Below are positions 1 through 13,551 of a stretch of 64,000 nucleotides of DNA, in pieces; the stretch's first letter is position 1; every line of letters begins with the position of its first letter. This DNA is from the human T2T-CHM13v2.0 reference genome, Homo sapiens. The notes beneath the pieces are model-generated. The model was not told the origin of the DNA and did not search any database. It saw only the letters and a list, made by a program, of their open reading frames with translations. The position numbers were made by a program, and so were the translations under genes. The stretch is taken from NCBI RefSeq assembly GCF_009914755.1, contig NC_060938.1; one strand, 5' to 3'.

Positions 1-29
1 TTTACCCTAACATATTTCCCTCCACAGAA

Positions 30-232
30 GTAATCACTTCCTAACATACTGCATAACTTATTTATTGTTTATTGTCTATCTTCCCCCATCTCTCCTCTAA
101 AATGCAAGCTCCTTAAAAGCAAGTATCTTTAATTTTTTCATGAAAGTATTCTAAGCACCTAAACAGTACCAAGGTCCCAAAGCACCTGGCACATAATATG
201 TGCTGAATAAATACTTTTTTAATGAATGAAGA
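30..232 (+). mobile_element. L2 LINE 3' end fragment
   Basis: Ends in cctggcacataatatgtgctgaataaatac...aatgaatgaa, the L2 3' terminus with its TGAA tail. Confidence 0.7.
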
Positions 233-357
233 GATGAACAATAAATGCCATAAAAATTACGGATTCTGACTTGACCTCCCATGCATCTTGACTACAAGAG
301 AATGTGCTGGTCATGCCACCATGATTCCTTCTGGTCCATATAAAAGTTTCTTGTTAA

Positions 358-785
<428 letters not shown>

Positions 786-1199
786 TGACCTGGCTTTCTC
801 AGTTTCAGTCAGTTTGGCTGTGATTGAACCCACGACACAGAAAAGCCAAAGAATTTGGATCACAAAATACAGAAACCAGTCAGCATGGCAGATGCCTGAC
901 CTGAATAGGCTGGGCTGTGTACAGGCAGAGAATGAGGCATAAGAAGCTGTCAGGCAGGGGCCTGTGGCCTTTCAGGAACAAGAGGGCAGGCTCCATCCTG
1001 ACTCCTTACTCCCTCTTACAGTGTCTGTTCTCACACAACTCAGGAGGACTCTCTCTCTGGCCCTTCATGCCTATTGAATCCTAGCGACTGTCTGTCTGTT
1101 GACAAGGCACAGACTGTCTGTTGACTCTCTGTCTGTTGACAAGGCACCCAAGCCCTGACATGCATGATCCTTAGGCATCCAAATGGAGGCTAATGAGTG

Positions 1200-1368
1200 C
1201 ATCCCAAAATGCTGGTCCAACATGATCAATACAGACTCCTTGGCTGGATTCTCAGAAATATGGATTCCAATGCAAAAGGTAGGAAGTAGGGGCTTGAAAT
1301 ACGTGGTTTTTTTTTTTTTAACAGTGCTCTAGAATATTCTAATTTGCAAATCAGTTTGGGAAATCAGT
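1200..1368. mobile_element. MER5-like hAT-Charlie MITE fragment
   Basis: ...atattctaatttgcaaatcagtttgggaaatcagt resembles the MER5 terminus. Confidence 0.4.
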
Positions 1369-2241
1369 ATAGGCTACTATTTCCAGATACAGACCCTCAA
1401 CTCATTTCTACAGAGTAAATGTAGCTCTTTTTCTAATTTAGGACAGAATTTGCATTGCAAATACGATAGGCATGTCTTATTATGCATACCTATACCATTT
1501 CCCTCCCCCGTATGAATGGTATACCAAAGGGGCAAAAAGTAACCTCAGTAACTCTTAGGATTTCCCTAAGAAGTAAGTCTCCTTTTGTGGCAGTATGACC
1601 TTGGTCTGTATATGCAAATTCATAGAAATAAAAAAGAGCAAAGCCCTGCTCCCGTTCCCTAAAGGTCACCAAGTCCTACACCAGTGTCACACTGACAGAG
1701 GGGTGGGTGGGATGGGGGTTTGTAAATTTTATGACTCATAATAACAGTCCAAGTAATGCAGCTGAGATAAAGAGCTAATCAAATTTCATGCTCCAAGGCA
1801 TGAGCTGATTACTGCTGGGCCAAGAGGGGATTTATTCCCTGTGGTTCTGACAGGCATAGGGGGCCAGGAGCACTCTCTGAAGCTTCACACCCTACTGACC
1901 ACTTCTAAAAAGGAGGATCCATGAGTCCAGAGGCCTGACACTTACTGGGCCTGTGTTTTCTCAGATCAAAGGCAGAAGGATGGCATGAAGAGAAACCTCA
2001 AAGGCAGAAGATTTGTTGTTAAGAAAGGTGGACCAGAACTTTGTGGAATGTACCTGGGGACTCCCTAGAGAACTTGTGTTCCAGGGCCTCATCCAACCTA
2101 GAAAGGAGAGAGAACCCTGAAGACCTCTGCTCCTTTCCATTGGTGTCTTATTCTGTCTGTGAAATTAGCATAATGATGATAACCTTTTTGAGGTGGTTGC
2201 GAAGATGAAGGTGGGGAAGATTGGATTATGGGGTAGGATTA

Positions 2242-2653
<412 letters not shown>

Positions 2654-3309
2654 TTAAGAACTTTGGCTCTGGATCAGAAGCATACACATAGACCCAAAGC
2701 CTGAAGAGATTTTAAGAGAACTATAAAACCCAAAACCCAGTAATTATTCAACCTCTAAGGCAATTCTCGGGCCCCATAACTTGCACCAGTAAGAAGTGGG
2801 ATACCAACACTGTTTTACACCCCCAAAATGTGTTTTCCCCGTGCCCATATAAATATTGCCATGGGAGACACAAACTAAGAAAATCCTTCCAGGAACAAAC
2901 CTGGGCATTGAAAGGTAACCCAACCATGGGGCTAACAGTCATAACTCCATCCTATCCCCAAAACTTCTCCAGCCCTGTGGAGTCTCTCAGTTGGAACTGA
3001 GATGAGACTAAGCTGCGCCTCCCAGTGCATCCCTCAAGATGGCTCCAGAAGGCTGTGGCTCAAGCCCGTCCTCCTTTAGGTAGGCTGGTCTCTCTTTCCT
3101 CTTCCCTAGGCAAATCCTCCTGATTTTTTGGATCTTAGATCAAATCACTCCATTTCTACTCAAAGTCTTCCCTAACCATCCCAGGCCACAGAACACTTTC
3201 CCTCCTTAGAATTCCTTATAACTTTTTACCAAGCATCGATATTGTACACAGCAATAATCTCAATAATCTCTATTTTTGTTAAAATGAACAAATATAAAGT
3301 CAATATATT

Positions 3310-3510
3310 TCAGCAGAAAGAGTTCTGACTTTGAAGACAGGCCCTGGTGCCTCTCCTTGCTAGCCAAGTAAACTTTGGAAAGTTTTTACCGTCTCTAAGA
3401 CATGGGGGTCACCATCTGTTAAATGCAGATAATCATACCTTGTGGAGTAATTGTGACGATTAAAATAATGCTTGTAAATCACCTAGCACACAGTAGGCAT
3501 TTAATACACT
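3310..3510 (+). mobile_element. MIR SINE
   Basis: MIR core-like catctgttaaatgcagataatcatacct...cctagcacacagtaggca. Confidence 0.6.
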
Positions 3511-3656
3511 GGCTATTAATACTGGTCTCATTTAATTTTTCATATGCTTCTGTTTTATGTATCTAACTAAAGTTTAAGTTGTTTAAGGATAGAGTTGAGT
3601 CTCATACATTTCTATATTCTCATAGGTTAATGCCTACAATAAGTGTTCTTGAAATA

Positions 3657-3995
3657 CAGTCACGCGTTGCTTAACCATGGGGATATATTCTGATAAATTC
3701 ATCATTAGGCGATTTCATCACTGGGCGAACATCACAGCTCGTACTCACACAAACCTAGATGTCATAGCCTACTACACACCTAGGCTATATGATATAGGCT
3801 ATTGCTAGCAACAAACCTGTACAGCATGTTACTGTCTTGAATACTTAGGCAGCAGAGCACAATGGTAAGTATTCGTGTATCTAAACATATTTAAACATAG
3901 AAGAACAGTAAAAATATGATGTTATAACCCTGTGGGACCACTGTTGCATATGTAGTCCATTGCTGACTGAAATGTCATTCTGTGGTGCACGGCTG
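3657..3995 (-). mobile_element. Tigger3a (MER7A) non-autonomous Tc1/mariner element
   Basis: 339 bp; termini cagtcacgcgttgcttaac / gtggtgcacggctg form terminal inverted repeats; TA duplication at 3655-56 and 3996-97. Confidence 0.88.
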
Positions 3996-5599
3996 TATTC
4001 GTGACTAAAGATTAAAGTAACATTTGGTGTAAATCTATTTTCTTCCCTTTGGTGTTTCCAAAATACTATCCTAAAGAGAGCAAACCTAAGTCTGGGTTCA
4101 TAGCAAATGCAGTGTCTTTTTTCTAACAGTTATAGAAACAGATGATCAGTGGCCCACGGATTCCAGGTGAGGATCTGGGACCCAGACATCCAGATATTGA
4201 AAACACAGGGATGGAGTCTGTATGGAAAAAATTAAAATATAGCAAAATGTGAAATACGGAAGAGAAATCTTTCAATTTCCCAATGGAAGTGAGAAAAGAG
4301 TAAGTAAAAGATCCCCATAAAGAACCAGGGCAATAGATTCAGGTACTAGAGACCAGTGGTAAAAGGGACTTTAAAACAAATTAAGGTATCCTGACTTAGG
4401 ATCCAAGTTTTTATATCATATCTGCAGAGTCAGGCATCCATACGGGTATCCACTCCAGGTTAGGCAGGAGCCTGGGGGCAGCTGGCTAAGATGCGTTCCC
4501 AAAGCTTCCTCCAGGCAGACACTGATGAATATTCTCTCTTTAAAACTAAACAAGAAAAAAACCTCAAAACTTCAAGGTATACAAGCTGATTTATGTTTGA
4601 ACTTCTCTAAGAGCAACTATGTTCTCTTTCTATATTCCCAAAAAAGGCAAAGAAAAGTATTGGTCTTCCAAAACAAATAGAGGACGGAGCTGCTGCTGTT
4701 GCATGGTGTCTAGAAACTCAGACAACTTCATCATTCCATATTTGCATCCAAGAGAGAGAAAGAAAAACTACAATCATTTTCCATTTACCCATCAACCCAT
4801 CAACCTCCAAGTAAGTGATCTTTAGGTCATTTGCTTCTTGCTCACAAAGGTTTAGTGATCTTTCTTGAAAGACTTTCATGTATTCTAGGGGAAAAGTGCC
4901 TCTCCAGGCCAAGCCCAGCTCTTCCACATTTAGGGTGAGCTCCCTGATTTACCACTGGAGCTCCTCACATTTCTTTACCTTGACTTCCTCTTCTGCCATC
5001 AGGCCTTGCACTGCCGTCAGCCTTGGAAAAGCCTCATAACTCTGGATGACAATATCTAGACCATTAAGCCTACATACTTCAGCAAAATTGCCTCACTGCT
5101 GTCTCTGCTCCAGGTTATAAAGATTTCTCACAGCTTACACAAGCCTCTCAAGAACTGGACTTGAGGGGTTGCCCTCAGAAAGCCGCTTCCAAGACCAAAG
5201 CCATTTTTCACTCAAGCACTCTGTCTATGGGGGCCTCAAACTACTGCACAGTAATGCTGATGATGCTAGCTCTGAGGTATTACCCAGGCATGGCCCATTG
5301 CTCAGATCTCAGAACTGGTGATCAGAGCTAGCTTGATCACCTCAAAACATATATGCATTCATACATGGATTCTGAAACATGAGCGTCAATTCCCTTTACT
5401 CATCATTGCAGAAAATCCACAGCCTACAGTGAGAACAAAAATCCACTCACTAGAATTACAAATAATCTGGTCAAGATGGTATAAAGTCAAAATCCCTGTA
5501 TTATGTCTAATAATCTTCAAAATTCCCATATAACTTGGTAAGAAGAAAATTTTTCCTGGAGCCTATAAAGTTTGGGCTTTACTGAAACTACTAATTTTT

Positions 5600-5902
5600 T
5601 TTTTAATTTTTTTTTTTTTGAGACGGAGTTTTGCATTTGTTGCCTAGGCTGGAGTGCAATGGCCCAATCTCGGTTCACCGCAACCTCCACTTCCTGGGTT
5701 CAAGCGATTTTCCTGCCTCAGCCTCCTGAGTACCTGAGACTACAGGCACGCGCCACCAGGCCCAGCTAATTTTTGTATTTTTAGTAGAAGACGGGGTTTC
5801 TCCATGTTGGCCAGGTGGTCTCAAACTCCTGACCTCAGGTGATCCATCCACCTCTGCCTCCCAAAGTGCTGGGATTACAGGCGTGAGCCACCGCACCCGG
5901 CT
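5600..5902 (-). mobile_element. AluSp/Sq-like
   Basis: Antisense Alu with gcaatgg, caccgcaacc and tttctccatg diagnostics; TSD ctactaattttt at 5588 and 5903. Confidence 0.95.
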
Positions 5903-6336
5903 CTACTAATTTTTAATGCCCCTTGGCTGACATTCCCAAGCTTCCTCTTCTCAGCCCCACATCCCAACTTTCACCTCCAGGCAGACTAAAACAGTTGAAG
6001 GATGACATTGTCAAACAGACAGCCATATTTTAAAAGCAAGTGTCAAAGTCAAGAGTATACATATCAAAATTTGCAAATGTTCATGACATTTGCCAAGGAA
6101 TCTGTTCATTTCCTGTGGTGCTGCAGCCAAAGGCTACAAGATGGTGCAACGTCAGTATCTTGTCCCTCTCTGGTGCTTGACAGTGGAATCTTAGTTATGA
6201 AATGCTGTGTAGCCTGTACAAACTAGACTTTAAGGATCTTAATATGCACTGGCACTTATTTTGAATTAGGACTCTCCTTCATTATCATATCATATCCTTG
6301 CCATTTTAAACTTCTCACGGGGAAGTCCATTTAAAT

Positions 6337-6527
6337 CAGCACTGTCCAATACAACTTCTTGCAGTGTTGGAAATCTTCTGTCCAATAAAAATCCAGTAGC
6401 CACATATGGCTACTAAGCACTTGAAATGTGGCTAGTACAACTGAGGAACTAAATTTTACTTACTTTTTTTAAATTTAAACTTACATTTAACCACAGGAGT
6501 GCAGTGACTACCATATTGGACAGCACA
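6337..6527 (+). mobile_element. MER3 hAT-Charlie MITE
   Basis: Inverted termini cagcactgtccaata...ccatattggacagcac; internal gccacatatggctactaagcacttgaaatgtggctag. Confidence 0.85.
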
Positions 6528-7009
6528 AATTCTAATTGTCATGACATGGAACAATGCTTGCTTCCCCAGCATTTTGAAAGCCCCAGAATGATAACCTGGC
6601 CCAGAATGACACATGGATGAATAAGAGGAATTAAAACAAAGTCCATATACGTCAAATATCAAAATGAGTGTGAGACAGCCTCCCCAGATGCAGTTTCCAA
6701 AGGAAATGACCAGTTTAACTGGTTCCATGATACTTGCCCCTTTTTCCCTGCCAGATAAAGGCTATTAAAAAACAATCAAAGTGTGAAGAGGGCAGAAAAT
6801 GTGATGAAGAGATTCTTTGGAGAAAGTAGCTGCCACTGTTACCTTGGGATCTGCCTATAGTCCTCACAGAGCTTGGTAAGACAAAAGATGGCTTTCCTGT
6901 AGACATAGGAGGGAGAGAAAGCTGGGCCAGAGCTGGTTAAATCCTGCCCATGAAGACTGCCTTGGAGAGCAGTGGGACTCCAAAAGCACGAGCCAGGATG
7001 GGGTGGACT

Positions 7010-7224
7010 CAGTGATGTGCTGGTAAATGTTTAAGAACCAGCTCTCCAGAAAGAAAAAAAAAAAAGGCTCTGATTTTTTGCATTTGCCAATTTCTTGGGT
7101 GTAAATACTCCCTCGTGGCCAATTTCCAGCCACCTGTCTGAAGTCTCTCTGGAGTTGGGAATGGACATGCACAGTCAGCTTTTGTGAGCTGATTGTATTG
7201 TAAGTCAGCTCCAGCATTCGGCTG
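7010..7224 (-). mobile_element. MER63A-like hAT element
   Basis: Termini cagtgatgtgctggtaaatgtttaagaaccagctctc ... gctccagcattcggctg. Confidence 0.65.
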
Positions 7225-7935
7225 GTGGGCCACCAGGGAGCCATGGGTACGAGGGAAACAGCTTGCCTAGGAAATAGACAGCATCCCTTATAGTCCAAGA
7301 CTTGCATGTGGGAGATCACTAGTGACAAGTGTATTTGCATATCCCAGGAGAGAAAGAATGAGTTTTAACCACTCTCCACCAAGAGCAAAAGCTGCTCAGC
7401 CAAGTCAGAGATTTCCTTTCCCCTTACCTCTCCTCTTTCTCTGCCCCTTCAGCCCTTGCAGGATAGAACATAGGAGTCTGGGAGTCTGCAAGAAGGTAAG
7501 TAAGAGAAAGAGTAGAACCTTAAAGGCAGGCAGCTGCCAATTATTGGCCTCAGCCCACTAAAAAGAAGGCGATGTCTCTCCTCTGAATGAAGACTGAGAC
7601 ATTGATTAATGTCATGGACTGGATTGATTCTATTTACTGAATTGAGATTGTGTGTTGAGACTCAAAATGACCATAGGACCATCTATTATTTACCAAACAT
7701 TTTCTAGGGGCAGGGGATAAATTTAAATCACCCAAAAACTGATAATGATAGGGTTGAGCTTTTACTACATCATGAGTTGTGCATGCTCAACACAATTTTG
7801 ACAAAAATTTTCTGCTGACTGAAGACACATTAAAAAATAGCACCATGTTTTGTTTTGTTTTGTTTCACTGTATTTTTTGTTTTTCTTTTTAAGAAATTCT
7901 CTTTTAACCTGTATGAATTCTGGGGTGAAAAAAAA

Positions 7936-8064
7936 TTTTTTTTTTTTTAAGAGACAGGGTCTCACTATGTTGCCCCAGTTGGCCTTGAACTGCTGGACTC
8001 AAGGGATCCTCCTGCCTCAGCATCCTGAGTAGCTGGGTCTACAGGCATGAACCACCAGGCCCAG
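7936..8064 (-). mobile_element. FLAM (free left Alu monomer)
   Basis: Poly-T then gagacagggtctcactatgttgcc..., ~125 bp single monomer. Confidence 0.88.
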
Positions 8065-9904
8065 AACCCTGTGTGAGTGTTCCTTCTTCCCCTCTCTTCA
8101 TGTTCACAGCATATCTTATTATTGTTAATATTGGAAGTCAACACACCAGGGATCATCATCAGACTCATGTTCTTTATTGAGAAACAAGGTATGACGCTTG
8201 GGGCAGGATGGCAGCAAAAAAGTCATATAACCTAAAGTCCCTGACATAAACAATGTGCTCACTTGGAGGCTGGGGGTGGTATTTAGGTAAAACCAACAAG
8301 ATGGGAATCAGCATGACCTCTTGCTGTGTAGGACAATCAGCCTTTTGAGATCTTTAGTCACTCATGTCTGATAGTTATTTTTTTTTAAATAACTTTTAAA
8401 AAGTAATAGTGGAAAAGAAAATAGTTATTTCAAGTATTCCAAAGCTCTCAAACTCAAATGAGTAGCGTGTTCACCTTCAGTTTCAAAGTAAGCCCCACCT
8501 CCCTACATTTCAAGGGCAAGGTGAGGTGGTGACCTCAAATAGGACATGGTAGAAGGCGGCACGTAGCAGAGGCTGAACGCCCAGGACAACTGCTGGGGTC
8601 CAGTCTGCCTGCTGTGTTAACAAACCTCAGAGAGACTCTAAGACATTACCCAACGGATGAGCCTGTTGAATGTAAAGGACCCTAAAGTTAGGCTAGACCT
8701 ACAGGGGCTTATTCTGTAAAAATACATTTTCTATTTACAGCTTTTGAAAGCCATATGCGATCTGTCTGCCCTGAAGTGACTACTTCATCTCCAACCAGCC
8801 CTTGGCTGGCAAAGTCAGGAAGACTCCAGTCTTTCCTGAAGACCAGGGGAGAGTTTATAACTCTAGCATCAAAGTCAGCAGCTGTTCATCTAGAAGACAA
8901 CTTCCCAAAAGTCAATGTCTTTGCCTGAAGCTTTTCTTCCCAGATCTCCTATGGTGAAACAACCAAAGGGAAGAAGAATGTGGGCAGCCCTCAGTAAGAC
9001 AGGAGATGAGCATCAACATTGACCCATTCTTTCTTCCAGTCCTCGATGCTTACCTTGTACATTCTTCTTTGTCTTCCGACTCAGTGCCTTTAGGGTATGG
9101 ACGTTGCCTGGTCCCACACAAGCCAAGCATCAAATGGATGGCTCAACAAGGAGGCCAAGACCAGCTAATGTTTAGTGAGCACCCAAAGGGGCCACACTGG
9201 AGAGAACAGCACAGCTCCGTCTGAGAAACAGCTGTTCCTTCCTGCCTGAGAGGCAGAGTGATAGAAGATATCACAGAATGTTGCTGCTTTGTCTTCCACC
9301 CTGAACCCTCCACGACCTCCCTGTAGCTTCCTGATTTTAAGTAGACATCAAATGATTCTTAATCCTTTCTGGGTCTTGGAACGATTTGAAAATTGTCAAC
9401 AGTACTGGGATTCCCAGAATAATGCACATATGTACATACTCAGATATTCCCCAAGCCCTGGATATAATTTTAAGGGAGTTCACAGACCACACTCCCCCAC
9501 CCATCTGTGGACCCAGATTCTGTGGGTTCGAGATTCAGAAGCCCTGTTTCTAGGCAGGCCCTCTGTTGCTAACGCCCCTCGAGAACATCACCCTAGATGA
9601 TTATCCCTTCTTCCTCCACTCCTTCCCACCTTCTCCAACTGCTGGGTTTCAGCACAAAGATTGCTTGCCAGTTAAACTGGCACCATGGACCGCACAGTAG
9701 TTGTTTCTTGGGTCTAGAGGAAACAGCCAGATTCCTTTAAGTAAATCATGTCTTAGTTATTGATTGTCTCCACTTGAAGTTTTTGACAATCTCTGATTAA
9801 ATCATAAACCACTGCATCCTCCATCTCCTGCTTCAGTCTCTCAAACCAAATGTCAGTTTCTTTGTAGCCCTTCAATTCAAAGTTTGCAAATTCTGGATCT
9901 AGGC

Positions 9905-10005
9905 TTCATTCTTTCACTCATTTAAGCACTAACATCTATTGCATAACTATTAAATGCCAGGCACTGTTCTAGGCATCAGGGACATAATAATGTACAAAAC
10001 AGCCT
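9905..10005 (-). mobile_element. L2 3' fragment
   Basis: ttcattctttcactcatt...tgccaggcactgttctaggca. Confidence 0.55.
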
Positions 10006-10084
10006 TCATGTTAATTTACTTATTCTCTTCCAAAATGCTAATTCTAACCAGTGCTGCTTTAAAAACCATTATAATTATTACAAT

Positions 10085-10270
10085 AACTGCCTAAGTTATA
10101 AGCTCTATTCTAAATAGTTAATATGTATTATTATTTTTCAGAAAACTCTATGAGGTAGGTATTATTATTATCATTCTTATTTTACAGAAGTGAAAATCAT
10201 AAAGGTTAAGTAATTTGCCCCAGCTAGAGAGGGACAAAGACAAGATGTAACATGAGGCAGTTTGACTAAA
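10085..10270 (-). mobile_element. MIR
   Basis: ctctatgaggtaggtattatt...ttttacagaagtgaaa...ggttaagtaatttgccc. Confidence 0.75.
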
Positions 10271-11569
10271 TTACTTACTGCTAAATTCAGCATCCCTGAT
10301 TATGGTTACAAAGCAAGATTAGATTCTTTAGCACTGTTGAAATGTGAACAGATGTATTACAAAAAAAATTGTCTAGCAATGTGCATATATTTAAGTAGCC
10401 CCGAGGGTTATCTGTGGTTGCCAAGAGGCTCAAAGTCAGCATGAATATAATCAGGAGGCACTGATGACTTTGTTACCCAGAGATGGTTTGGGGATCCGTC
10501 AGGAGTATCATGCACATGGACAGGAATGTGAGGCAGAGGATTACTGGAGTTGAGCTGGCAGTCAAGGGACAAACAAGCCAAAAGTTATAAAAAACATATT
10601 TTAAAATTATATATTTTTAAATAATCGTGATGGACAGAAGAAATTGTAATCCTGAGGCAATAACTGAGAAAGTATTGAGTAGGTAATAAAAGGCCTGAGT
10701 AGGCTGAAATAAATGTTTTAAAATAGCAGTTTCCTGTATCCATGGCTTCTAAAGACCTCCGTTAGTGCGAATAGTAACTCAAATGAAATTTAGAACCAAG
10801 AATAATTGAGAGGGGTAGCTCACAGGCAGGAGTGAATTGTGTTTTGCAGGATTTGAAGATTATACAATTTGGATGACTCTTCTTTAAAAAATTACTAATA
10901 CCAAATTAGATCTAGGGCCTTGGGAAGGGCCTGGAAGCATAAGCTACATTACCTTTATAGCAAACCCAGCTTGGACTCATGGAGAAGGTTGCTAAGAAAC
11001 ACATACATTGCTAGATCAGGACAGTGGTGATTCTGATAAGGCTGAATGCCCAATTTGGAGAACTTTGTGATCCAGAGAACAGTGATTTGAAGGCACTTTG
11101 ACATGAAGATGCAACACAACAGTGGATGTGGTTTGAAGGAGGGCTTTGGCAATCCAAACAACTGAAAGAGACATCCTGTGTAAATTTTAATGAGATATCA
11201 ATTTTTGCCATTCAATTTCTCAATTTTAAAAAATTATACTGCTGAGCCAGCCTCCAGCTAACTTATACAGTACCTATGTACCATTTACAAAAATATGTCT
11301 ATTTAGGCTGACAAGGTGGAAAGACAAACCCCTTCTGGGCAGGTGGGGTGGTATTGTATGACAATCTGGTGGAGCTTTCAGGCAAGCATTTCTTTCTTTC
11401 AAAGCATTTCTTTCTTTCTCTGTGGTGTCGCACTTGCAGGGAGCAAGGCTGGGCAAGGGAACTGCTGAGTGAATTTCAGCCCTAATTCATCCTCTCAGCT
11501 AGGTACCTTTGCACAGTGTCCAAACTGTACAACCAAACAAGGCAGTCCTGTACCTACAGGTGTAGTGAT

Positions 11570-12060
11570 TTTAACAGCATGACTAAAGGAACCTAAAAAT
11601 GTGCAATCCTCTGGCCCAGAAAGTCCACTTCTTGGAATTTATTCTAAGAAAATTATCAGGGAAAAGTACAAGTACAAATATTTATATAGAACACTTCTAG
11701 AAAGTGTTTATATAAAGAAAAATTGAAAACAACTTGTATGTCCAATAATACAACATGGATAAATTAACTTGTGACTCAGCCTAACAATAGAATACTGACC
11801 ATCCATTAAATGAATTTTAAATGGCAAGAGGAAATGTTCATGACATAATTATAAATTAAAAACCAAGAAAGGAAACTATGCAGACTATAAAAATATGTGT
11901 GTTTGTTAAAAAAGACCAGAAAACACCAAACTATTAATATTAAAAGTAGTTATCTATGGAGCATTATCTGTGGATTACAGGCAATTTTATTTTCTTATTC
12001 ATATTTTTCCATATTAAAATTTTTTTACCTTGTAAATGTCATACTCTTACCTTTATTGCA
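11570..12060 (+). mobile_element. Ancient L1ME-type 3' fragment
   Basis: ccacttcttggaatttattctaagaaaat...aaacaacttgtatgtccaataa, degenerate ORF2 end plus 3' UTR. Confidence 0.6.
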
Positions 12061-13299
12061 AACATATTTTAAAGTCGTATCCAGACTTGAAGGGCAGAGA
12101 CAAAATTGGAGCAGTGAGTGAATGTTGCCTTGACCTCATGGGTGTAGTGTTTGCATCTCATTGATTTCCACTTTGCATCAAGTCCCATGCCTCTGGTGGC
12201 TCGGGTGTGCCTTGCTTCATTACCCTCTGTCCCATAGTGATGGATGGTCATCGGAGGAATGCGATATCTCCCTATGACTATCCCTACTTTTCAAAGCCCC
12301 AGGAGTATCTCCATGTACTTCAGCACTATGACAAAACAGCTTCGGGTCACTAAAGACACTTATCCAGAAGCCACCATAGAAGGTGAAGATAATGTGAGTC
12401 AGACTAGAGCAGCTAATTGACTTAGCTATTGACTTTCAGATTTATGGGACACCACTGCTGAGTAATTAAATTTACTGAGCTATTTCAACAAGATATTAAC
12501 TTTAAGTAATCCTCACTAAACATAAATTGAGAGCTGGATTTGGGTTTTGTTTTGCTGTTTTTCATTTTGGTATCAGTAATTAAAGATTATTCAATTATGA
12601 TAATGTATTTCTTTTAGGACTGGTTTTTGCAGCTGAAGCCTGATGAACACTATGCAGCTTGGATGACAATGATTTTGTTTAAAATCTCCTATAAAGTTCC
12701 AACTGAAGGAGACGTGCTTTCTCACTTTTTCTATGGCTAGTTGTTCTCTAAACTTCATTCCAGAACCACCTTTAATTCAAGGCAGATTTTCTCCCTAGGG
12801 TTGGAGACGGACATAGATTTAGGCAGTGTCTGTTGGAAGCCCAGGTATCCCTAGCACATGGACCATTTTAGTACATTGCGTGAAGTCATAAAGGGCTTCA
12901 AATTTAATAATCATAGTTAAATGGTGGCGTAAAATGGTCCGAGAGAGGAGCTCAGGACCTCAGGCCCACAAATCTTCTCCAAGGGATGAAGAGAAAGGCC
13001 CCACTAGGATCATGCAGTCAGGACTGCACAGTCTGGCTTGGCCTCTTCTCTCCAAAAGTGCTCTTGCCTCAGGCTTCCCCAGCAATGTATATTGAGTGGT
13101 AGATGCTGATGCACATTACATCCCTGGTGAGCATGTAATCAGCACTCCTTCTGGCAAGCTCTCAGCAGCCACTGGAGCAGAAGGTAAATCCAGGTAAACT
13201 GACATGCAGGCAAATTACTGCTCCTGGCTTAGCAGGAGTCAGACCTCTGTCTTTGGTCCAAGATATCTCACAGGGGATTGGGGATGCTGCATCAGAAAC

Positions 13300-13485
13300 A
13301 GCAGAGGAAACTCAGGCTTCTGAATAAGGTTAGACCTGGGTTTCAACTCTTCCTAATGGGTAATTTTGCCAAGTCTCAGTTTCTTCATCTGTAAAATAGG
13401 GAGGATACCACATAACCTATGGAAGGTGCTGTGACTTCAGCAAGTGATAACATATATAAATATATAGCACGGTTACTGACACACG
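13300..13485 (+). mobile_element. MIR
   Basis: agacctgggtttcaa...tctcagtttcttcatctgtaaaataggg core. Confidence 0.75.
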
Positions 13486-13551
13486 ACATTTGTTTCATTC
13501 CACAGCTCCCAGTGAGCTCCTAGGTTCCTGCTCTTATTCAATCCTTGATTC

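Noticed and set aside
1950-2035. Possible 63-nt + strand exon (ctgtgttttctcag ... AAG|gtggac) with a repeated tcaaaggcagaag
   Set aside because: Weak donor and no recognisable peptide.
12069-12251. Minus-strand 60-aa ORF with neurotrophin-like residues (Y.T...EAR, G.D.K-W.S, CK.....VKA, WIR versus the NT-3/NGF C-terminal half)
   Set aside because: It needs about four gaps, two key cysteines are Gly, the terminal CVC motif is absent and upstream sequence does not align. My rough hand score is far from significant. An HMMER search with the NGF Pfam model would settle it.
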